From the IMG/VR virus record IMGVR_UViG_3300046528_000200, positions 1-64,000 of that record: DNA of 64,000 nt; one strand, written 5' to 3'. Positions 17,722 through 24,269 of the stretch are shown here, one piece after another (positions within the stretch are counted from its first letter, which is position 1; each line of letters begins with the position of its first letter). The position numbers were made by a program, and so were the translations under genes. The notes beneath the pieces were generated by a model. It saw only the letters and a program-made list of their open reading frames with translations. It was not told where the DNA came from and made no database searches. The stretch is from a virus (lineage: Duplodnaviria; Caudoviricetes).

Positions 17722-17887
17722 GTTCGGCTTTCAGGCGGTTGAGGGAGGTCTCCAGCATGGCGACGGTCGCAAGCTCACGCTCAAGGCGCAGCTTGGCGTT
17801 GTGCAGGGCGATCTCGGTGCCCTGGATTTCGGCCTGGCGCAGGTCCTTGAGGGTGATTTCGCGGAACGGGTTGTAGTGTCGGAGCAT
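17708..17887 (-). CDS. Hypothetical 59-aa protein, first gene of the long early operon (not in ORF track)
   Basis: MLRHYNPFREITLKDLRQAEIQGTEIALHNAKLRLERELATVAMLETSLNRLKAEHAHQ*. Confidence 0.65.
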   Translation of the reverse strand: MLRHYNPFREITLKDLRQAEIQGTEIALHNAKLRLERELATVAMLETSLNRLKAEHAHQ

Positions 17888-17889
17888 GG

Positions 17890-18400
17890 TAATTTATGTA
17901 GAAAGTGTGAGGAACGAGAAATTTTACAATTGGCCTAAATTTTCGAAAATAAGACCACAGTATTCGCGTGTTTTTCTTGGAATTTAAATGGTTGCCCGCA
18001 AGAAAGGTTCAGTTTCATTTAAAACGATAACAAAAAGGTATTTTGTAATTTATCGGCGAAAATAAACCTACAGCGTAATTTTCCACAAGGTTCCCGTTCA
18101 CTGGTGTGCAGCGCGTAACTCTGCGAAAAAACTGGAATTACGCGGGAGAAAACTGGGTGAAATAGGGTCGTTTTTCAAAATCACGCGAGGGGGGGCAAAA
18201 TGCAGATTTTTAAAAGTTGAAAATAAGGGTCCAGAAACCACTTTCGCACAAAACAGGATTTACCCCCCATCAGTCGATTTTGCAGGTGGTGAAAAAAAGA
18301 GAGTATATAGAGTTACTTTTTATTTTTAGCTCTCTATGAGACCACTTGAGAAAAATCACAATTCTGTGATATAGTTCCCGCTCCCACTACCCAAGGAGCT
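17890..18400. other. AT-rich non-coding region with many A/T tracts between divergent genes
   Basis: Sharp drop in GC, no credible ORF, many AAAA/TTTT runs. Confidence 0.8.
18346..18375 (+). promoter_or_regulatory. Sigma70-like promoter with overlapping palindromic operator
   Basis: TTGAGA-N18-TATAGT with extended -10 TG; ATCACA-N4-TGTGAT dyad at 18355-18370. Confidence 0.6.
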
Positions 18401-18404
18401 TGCG

Positions 18405-19139
18405 ATGATCACCAACCATAATCGAGTGTTGCCACAAGAACAAATCCACCAGCACTTCGTGCTTGAAGGGTCGCGCCTGTACCGCAAACTTGCGTCTGGC
18501 GCGTCTGCTCGGCTCAGGAGCATGGACGGCAATCAGGTTGTTACCTTGTTCAAGAACGAGCGACTGCTTGGGACCTCGATCGCGTGGTGCCTCATCTACG
18601 GCAACTGGCCAGAGTTTCCGATTGTCCAGCTGTCGGAGGATCCGCACGACTTTTCCCAGGACAACCTGTTCCCGGCGCGGATCAAGCGCGTGCGCTATTA
18701 CGAGACACCTGTCGGCAGCCTGTATCGGCATCCCTTGAGCACGCGCTTGCACCCGAGCAGCCGCATGTGCCGCAAGGACTGGGAGTCGATGGCGCGCGAC
18801 TACTACCTGAAGGACTTCACCTACGTGCAGATGGTCGAGGCGAATTCGCGCGAGATGCGCGCCCGCTATCTGGCCGAGGTCGCGCAGTACAAGCCGGAGC
18901 TGGTGCCTGAAGTGCGCACTGAGCGCGCGGTGCGCCCCTCGCGGCCGAAGGCGATTCCCGGCCGCGAGTGGCACTGGCACGATGGCGCGTGGATGCATAT
19001 TCCGGTCGCCTGCCATGTGGCGGACGACTACAAGCGCCGCATTGCCGCGACGCTGGCCGGCGCTATCGCGTTCCGGTTTGATCCGGCGCGTCAGCTGGTC
19101 GACGCGATTCTGGCGGATGGCTCGGTGTGGGTGGGTTGA
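18405..19139 (+). CDS. Degenerate HNH-endonuclease-like protein
   Basis: SIAWCLIYGNWPEFPIVQLSEDPHDFSQDNL parallels HR(L/I)AW..YG.WP...IDHINGDR.DN...NL but lacks the catalytic His and the central Asn; AGGAG SD. Confidence 0.6.
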   Translation: MITNHNRVLPQEQIHQHFVLEGSRLYRKLASGASARLRSMDGNQVVTLFKNERLLGTSIAWCLIYGNWPEFPIVQLSEDPHDFSQDNLFPARIKRVRYYETPVGSLYRHPLSTRLHPSSRMCRKDWESMARDYYLKDFTYVQMVEANSREMRARYLAEVAQYKPELVPEVRTERAVRPSRPKAIPGREWHWHDGAWMHIPVACHVADDYKRRIAATLAGAIAFRFDPARQLVDAILADGSVWVG

Positions 19140-19200
19140 TCGCGAACGAGACCAGCACGAGGGCGCAAAAGGCGAGCCAGAGGATGGTGGCGAGAATCAT
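19063..19200 (-). CDS. 45-aa membrane-anchored peptide (not in ORF track)
   Basis: MILATILWLAFCALVLVSFAINPP...; GAGGA SD; ATGA overlap; overlaps the 3' end of the convergent gene. Confidence 0.55.
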   Translation of the reverse strand: MILATILWLAFCALVLVSFAINPPTPSHPPESRRPADAPDQTGTR

Positions 19201-19382
19201 GCTTCCTCCTTCACGCTGGCGCACAGGGTGTCACACAGCGAAATGATCTGGGCCAGCATGACCAGGCCGACGATGGTGCGCAGCAGCCAGCTGTAGTGCG
19301 CGCCGTCGTGGGTCATGTGGGCGTCGAGCGCGCCCAGCACGACCAGGGTAACAAGGGAGGTGAGGATCTGGTAGTTTTTCAT
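19197..19382 (-). CDS. Small two-TM membrane protein
   Basis: MKNYQILTSLVTLVVLGAL...LLRTIVGLVMLAQIISL; coupled at both ends. Confidence 0.65.
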   Translation of the reverse strand: MKNYQILTSLVTLVVLGALDAHMTHDGAHYSWLLRTIVGLVMLAQIISLCDTLCASVKEEA

Positions 19383-19672
19383 GCCGCGCTCCACGCGAAA
19401 GTCAGTTTGGTTAATTGCTGTGATTTATCCGGCCTGTTCATTTCGCCTTTACGTAGTGCCGGCAGCGGTAATCCAGTCGATTTGACCATATGCCCGCGCT
19501 TCATTTTCCGGCGCTTTGGCACCTGCACAATTTCAGGGTCGAATAATTTTGATTTTTCTGGAATTTTTTCCTCCTGAATCAGGTTTTCATGCGGTTTTGG
19601 CAATGCTTTCGCATATTGCGCTACCGTGCCGCGCAGGTTCGTTTTAATCGGCACCGTCAATATCTTTCGCAT
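19379..19672 (-). CDS. Basic Lys/Pro-rich 97-aa protein with atypical AT-rich codon use
   Basis: GAGGAG SD just upstream of ATG; stop overlaps next ATG (ATGA). Confidence 0.6.
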   Translation of the reverse strand: MRKILTVPIKTNLRGTVAQYAKALPKPHENLIQEEKIPEKSKLFDPEIVQVPKRRKMKRGHMVKSTGLPLPALRKGEMNRPDKSQQLTKLTFAWSAA

Positions 19673-19689
19673 TTTCACTCCTCAAGAAA

Positions 19690-20390
19690 TAGCCATGCCA
19701 GCATCGGCGATTCGTATCAACCAATCGGCAATGCCGGCATGGTATTTCCTTTCCCTATTCGCGCCGGGAAAGGCGCTGCCGCTTGCCAAAGCGGCCCAAC
19801 TCATCGTTGCCGGGCTTTCTAAACCCGTTATTGTCTGCCTACGCAATCATCCGTCCTTATCCTGTACCGGCTTATCTCGCCCAGATTATCAATTCCCCAT
19901 TCCCGAATCGATACAAGAGCTATTTTCGCTTTCCACTGGTGCCGCGTGGCCGGTATTCATCCGGCAGCTTTACCAGTGCGTACAGATTGCCCACCGCACA
20001 GCGCCTGTTGACGCTTGATCGGGTCCAACTACATACGTCGGGTTTTCGTTTGATTGCGCCAGAACCGGAATGCCCGATTCTGTGCGTTTTATGCTGATGG
20101 CCTAGTCTGGTTCCGCTGGCGGTATAGGGCGAAGCGGCGCCAGCGACGCGACCGAATGCACGGGGCGAGGCTGGCGCGCGACGAATTCACGCCGGGCGGG
20201 TATCAGGTAGGCACGTTGTTAAAGGACGGATTCCGAAGCTGGCCAGCGACAAGGGCGATGTACGCCAGTGAAGCGAAGCAAGCGACGGTGCGCACGTGGA
20301 TCCGGTAGCGTTCTGTACCGGCGTGCGCCATGAAGCTATCCAGAACCGCGCACGCGCGGCTGTGGATAGCGCCATGGGGCGCTATCGTAG
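19690..20390 (-). ncRNA. Candidate large (~700 nt) highly structured non-coding RNA
   Basis: No credible ORF; more than 12 local hairpins plus nested long-range helices; mismatches resolve as G-U pairs on the minus strand; boundaries approximate; folded by eye only. Confidence 0.6.
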
Positions 20391-20392
20391 GG

Positions 20393-21127
20393 TCAGGCGG
20401 CGACGGCTTCGGTCTGCACCGTGCGCGCCAGCAGCAGCGCCGTTTCACGCGTGCGCGCCGCTTCAATCAACAGGCTTTCCAGTTCGGCGGACAGTGCGCC
20501 AGCTTTGAGCATGTCGGCGACGGTGCGCGCCAGCATGTCCGGTGCGGTAGCGGCTTCGACGCGCGCCGACACGGCAGCGTCCAGCTTGGTGCGCTCTTCG
20601 CGTTCGGCATCCTTCGCCAGCTTGGCGGCTTCGGCTTCCTTGGCCGCGCGTTTGGCATCGCGTTCAGCCTTGGCGGCTTCGGCTTCGGCTTCGGTGCGCG
20701 CGGGCGTCGCCATGATCATGTTAAAGTTCATGGCGAACTGGTCGGCGTAGGTGGACGCCAACGGGTCCAGAATGAGGAACTGGTCAGTCTTGTCCTTCGG
20801 CAAGTCCTTCACCATCTCCGGCGCAGGAAACGCCGCCAGCGTGGCGTGGATGGCGAAATAAACCTTCTGGAAATGCTTCACCCGCGCGGTCAGGGACTTG
20901 GCACCGAGCGCGTCTTTGGCGGCTTTGTCGGCGTCCGTGGTGCCGCTGCCATACATGGCGGCATCGGCGGCCAGCTTGGCGAACTGGGTTTTGTTACCAG
21001 CTTGCATGATGCTGTAGGCAGCGGAATAGACCGTGCAAGCGATGAGGTCGAATTGTGCTTCCGGTGCGCCAGCGATGGCACGGAAGAGATCGGACATTGC
21101 GACGGCGCGGGACTGAGTAGCTTTCAT
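20393..21127 (-). CDS. Ala-rich hypothetical protein, first gene of leftward transcript
   Basis: 244 aa; AGGAG SD; C-terminal AEA/AK coiled segment. Confidence 0.8.
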   Translation of the reverse strand: MKATQSRAVAMSDLFRAIAGAPEAQFDLIACTVYSAAYSIMQAGNKTQFAKLAADAAMYGSGTTDADKAAKDALGAKSLTARVKHFQKVYFAIHATLAAFPAPEMVKDLPKDKTDQFLILDPLASTYADQFAMNFNMIMATPARTEAEAEAAKAERDAKRAAKEAEAAKLAKDAEREERTKLDAAVSARVEAATAPDMLARTVADMLKAGALSAELESLLIEAARTRETALLLARTVQTEAVAA

Positions 21128-21185
21128 GGTGAACTCCTATGGATAGAGGGGCAAAATTGCCGGGGCGCTGCACTACTGAGACTCA

Positions 21186-21214
21186 ATAATAGCAATTACC
21201 TGTGAGCTTATCCA
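21186..21214 (-). promoter_or_regulatory. Sigma70-like early promoter
   Basis: TGGATA-N17-TATTAT with extended -10 TG and an upstream A-tract (UP-like). Confidence 0.6.
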
Positions 21215-21391
21215 GTTGGGATTTTTTATTGAATCCTGGGATGCGATAGGCAATGACTATGCAGGTGTCTGGGCAAGAATCATGCCAGCTGTGATTTGGT
21301 CTGCCCGATTGGTGTAAGTGGTTGGACCAATTGACCGAAATTGGTTGGACCAGAGGTAGAATTGCTTTTGGACAATGCCTCTAGGACGCGT

Positions 21392-21469
21392 CAGAACGCG
21401 CCGTACGGGGCGCGGAAATTGTCGGGTGCGTACAGTGTCCGGCGCGCGCGCCCCGTAGCGGGCGTTCTG
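21392..21469. repeat. 23-bp imperfect inverted repeat with 32-bp spacer
   Basis: CAGAACGCgccgTACGGGGCGCG (21392-21414) versus reverse complement of 21447-21469, CAGAACGCccgcTACGGGGCGCG. Confidence 0.8.
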
Positions 21470-21531
21470 GTAGGGATTGACGGGTACACTTTCCTGGCAG
21501 CAAGCGGTGCGGCGCCGGCTCCTGCCTCCCC

Positions 21532-21629
21532 AAAAATTTCCCACAAATTTTCAAACTTTTCACATAAATTACTGATTTTTCTGAAATTTTTCAGAAATTT
21601 TCAAAATTTTTGCAAATTTTTGACAGTTT
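21532..21629. repeat. Helically phased AAA/TTT tracts (bent DNA)
   Basis: A/T junctions at about 21536, 21547, 21556, 21568, 21575, 21586, 21597, 21606 and 21616 (mean ~10 bp); internal dyad TTTCTGAAA-TT-TTTCAGAAA. Confidence 0.8.
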
Positions 21630-21630
21630 C

Positions 21631-21659
21631 TAGGCAAAAACAATGCTTCGTGGCATACT
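21631..21659 (+). promoter_or_regulatory. Sigma70-like promoter for packaging genes
   Basis: TAGGCA-N17-CATACT with extended -10 TG. Confidence 0.55.
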
Positions 21660-21665
21660 TATTGC

Positions 21666-21953
21666 ATGCGAAGCGACGACCTCAAACCCTACATCGACAG
21701 GCTCAAGGCCCGGGAAATCTCGGCCCGCGAGGTCGCGCGCCTCATCGGCACCCATGAAAGCTACGTTTGCCGCGTCCTGAAGCGCCTCAAGGTTTCACGT
21801 GAAACCATCGTCAAGGCGCCCAGCACGAAAGAACTGCGCGACACCCGGGCTGAATTCCGCCGCAACGCTGCCGCCACGATGAGCATCAAGGACGCCGCGC
21901 GCGCCGCCGGCTGCAGCGAACGCACCATCTACCGCATCAAGGCCGGCCTATGA
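21666..21953 (+). CDS. Double helix-turn-helix DNA-binding protein
   Basis: SAREVARLIGTHESYVCRVL and SIKDAARAAGCSERTIYRI. Confidence 0.8.
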   Translation: MRSDDLKPYIDRLKAREISAREVARLIGTHESYVCRVLKRLKVSRETIVKAPSTKELRDTRAEFRRNAAATMSIKDAARAAGCSERTIYRIKAGL

Positions 21954-22093
21954 GCACCCACCGCAGCCCGAACCCTGCGGTGACCGCCGCCATCCTCATT
22001 GTCTGCATCCCGATCATCGTGCTGTGCGCCTGGCTGCTGGCCAACGTCATCCTCATGACAAGCCGACTGCTCAATCTCATAGGGGCTGTCTAA
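21950..22093 (+). CDS. 47-aa membrane peptide (not in ORF track)
   Basis: MSTHRSPNPAVTAAILIVCIPIIVLCAWLLANVILMTSRLLNLIGAV*; ATGA and TAATG couplings. Confidence 0.65.
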   Translation: MSTHRSPNPAVTAAILIVCIPIIVLCAWLLANVILMTSRLLNLIGAV

Positions 22094-22521
22094 TGGCCAT
22101 CCAGAATTTCTCGATGGCGCCCGCCAGCGCCAAAGCCGACCCTCTCGACGGGCTTTCCGATGAAGAGCTGATCGCGCTGCGCATGCGCCTGGATAAGCGC
22201 CTGAACCTGGACCTCAAGGAGCTCGACCTTGCGGAAGAGCTGGGCATGCAGTACCGCGCGGGCCAGATACTACTTGCCAGCGTCCAGGACGACAAAAACA
22301 CGCCGGCGAACCAGCGCGCCCAGGTGTTCAACTCGGTAGGCAACATGCTGAAGGACATCGTCAAACAGCAGAAAGTGGTCTACGACGCCGAGCGCCTGAA
22401 GCGCTTCGAATCGGCCTTCCTGAAAGTGCTGGAGGATCTGCCGGATGATAAGAAGCGCAAGTTCTTCGACCTCTACGGCGAGTACCTGAAAGGCGACGCG
22501 AAAAAGGAAGCAACGGCATGA
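22093..22521 (+). CDS. Putative terminase small subunit
   Basis: Helical 142-aa protein directly upstream of, and coupled to, terL; called on position. Confidence 0.55.
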   Translation: MAIQNFSMAPASAKADPLDGLSDEELIALRMRLDKRLNLDLKELDLAEELGMQYRAGQILLASVQDDKNTPANQRAQVFNSVGNMLKDIVKQQKVVYDAERLKRFESAFLKVLEDLPDDKKRKFFDLYGEYLKGDAKKEATA

Positions 22522-24215
22522 GCCACGCCGACCCTGCGCTCCTCGAACACCTCAACCGGCTCGAACAGGCGCTCTTCAACAGCTACGACCTGAACGAGGT
22601 CGTGCGCTACCTGGAAGAGAAGACCTACCTGAAAGGTGACCGGTTCTCCTTCTACGACCACGAGTTCCAGAAGGACATCCTGTCCGACACCAGCCGCGTG
22701 GTCTACGTCCAGAAGTGCGCCCAGGTCGGCATGTCGGAGTGCATGGCGCGCTACGCGCTGGCCGTGACACGCGTGATGCCCTACTTCTCGGTGATCATGA
22801 CGCTGCCGTATTCGAACGACGCCGTCAACTTCACCAAGACCCGCCTCGACCCCATCATCGACGAGTCGCCCGACCTGCGCGACGCGATCGACAACGACCT
22901 GAACAACGCCAGCATCAAGTCGATCGGCAGCAGCCTGCTGTACATGCGCGGCTGCTCGGGCACGACCACCGCGCTGTCGGTCCCGGCCGACATGCTGATC
23001 CACGACGAGGTTGACCGGTCCGACCCGGACACCTTGGCCCAGTTCCAGTCGCGCATCAAGCACAGCAAATGGAAGCTCACACGCCGCTTCGGCACGCCGA
23101 CCACGGAAGGCCGCGGCATCGCGCTGGAGATGACCACGGCGCGGCGCATGCGCCGCGCCTGCACCTGTAATGCATGCGGCCTGCAGTTCATCCCGAGCTT
23201 CCACAAGCACGTCAAGATCCCCGATTACGACGGCGAGTTCAAGGACATCAACAAGCACAATATCGACAGCCTGCGCTGGCGCGAAGCGCGCCTGCACTGC
23301 CCGGGCTGCGATGCCGAACCGGACCTGAACCCGCAGCACCGCCAGTGGGTTTGCGAGAACCCGCAGGATGATTTCGAGGCGGTCGGCTACTACATCACGC
23401 CGTTCGAGGTGCCCAATATCGTCACCGTACCTTCGCTGATCCAGGAGATCACGAAGTACAAGACCTGGGCGGAATTCGTCAACCAGGCGCTGGGCGAGAC
23501 GGCCGACGCTGGCAGCGCCCAGCTGACGGCCGAAGACATCGAGGCTTGCCGCTACACGGCTGGCTCGCTGGCGTCGAACGAGCTGCATGCCATGGGCATC
23601 GACGTCGGCCAGACCTGCCACATCGCCGTCGGCCGCCGCACCCTTGCCGGCCAGCTGCTGGTGGTGCACCGGGAACAGGTGGCGCTGGCCAAGCTGGCGG
23701 TTCGCCGGCGCGAGCTGGCGGCGAAGTGGCGCGTCCTGATCACCGTGATCGACGCCTTCCCTGAGACCAACCTGGTGCATCAGATGCAACGCCAGGACAA
23801 GAACCTGTACGGCGGCGTCTATTCGCAAAGCCGGCTGCTGGCGACCTACAAGATCGTCATGGTCGACGAGGACAAGGCCGAGGGCAAGCTGCCGATCAAC
23901 CAGGCGCAGATCATGCGCGACATCAACTTCGACGAGGTAATGGCGCTCTACAAGAGCCGACAGCTGCAGTGGATGCCGATGGGCGACCACACCGACCGCC
24001 TCTGGCCGCTGCACATGCTCGACATGAAGCGCACCCAGGTGTTCGACAAGCACCAGGAGCTGGTCTACACCTGGGCGAAGTCGAAGGAAGGCAACGACCA
24101 CTTCATGCACACCTTGGGCTACTTGCACGTGGCTTCCCAGCTGATGGCGACGGCCTCACGCGACATTCCGTTCGTCGGTGTGAAGCTGTTCGGTACTTTC
24201 CGCGTGAAGCAATAA
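22518..24215 (+). CDS. terL: Terminase large subunit, lambda GpA type
   Basis: KCAQVGMSE (GpA-type Walker A), LIHDEVD Walker B, GTPT, CxxC pairs, GIDVG nuclease motif. Confidence 0.92.
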   Translation: MSHADPALLEHLNRLEQALFNSYDLNEVVRYLEEKTYLKGDRFSFYDHEFQKDILSDTSRVVYVQKCAQVGMSECMARYALAVTRVMPYFSVIMTLPYSNDAVNFTKTRLDPIIDESPDLRDAIDNDLNNASIKSIGSSLLYMRGCSGTTTALSVPADMLIHDEVDRSDPDTLAQFQSRIKHSKWKLTRRFGTPTTEGRGIALEMTTARRMRRACTCNACGLQFIPSFHKHVKIPDYDGEFKDINKHNIDSLRWREARLHCPGCDAEPDLNPQHRQWVCENPQDDFEAVGYYITPFEVPNIVTVPSLIQEITKYKTWAEFVNQALGETADAGSAQLTAEDIEACRYTAGSLASNELHAMGIDVGQTCHIAVGRRTLAGQLLVVHREQVALAKLAVRRRELAAKWRVLITVIDAFPETNLVHQMQRQDKNLYGGVYSQSRLLATYKIVMVDEDKAEGKLPINQAQIMRDINFDEVMALYKSRQLQWMPMGDHTDRLWPLHMLDMKRTQVFDKHQELVYTWAKSKEGNDHFMHTLGYLHVASQLMATASRDIPFVGVKLFGTFRVKQ

Positions 24216-24234
24216 TCCCAGGCAAGCAAAATTC

Positions 24235-24263
24235 TTGCCAGCAGGATAGTTCGGTGCGATACT
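24235..24263 (+). promoter_or_regulatory. Sigma70-like promoter before portal
   Basis: TTGCCA-N17-GATACT with extended -10 TG. Confidence 0.6.
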
Positions 24264-24269
24264 GCGCCA

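Noticed and set aside
19690-20390. Group I or II intron, tmRNA, RNase P or tRNA identity for the structured region
   Set aside because: The region is intergenic, not inside a gene. AGACUA occurs but has no matching P7 partner (UAGUC) in the right order. I found no domain V motif, no tRNA-like ends and no T-loop with CCA.
19626-20466. ORF-track ORFs over the structured region (19626-20018, 19783-20097, 20054-20308, 20187-20375, 20203-20466)
   Set aside because: No good SD, no coupling to neighbours, atypical composition, and they overlap each other on both strands.
17890-21660. CRISPR or mini-array in the non-coding island
   Set aside because: No repeats of 23 bp or more with regular unique spacers; only two-copy 10-mers and inverted repeats.
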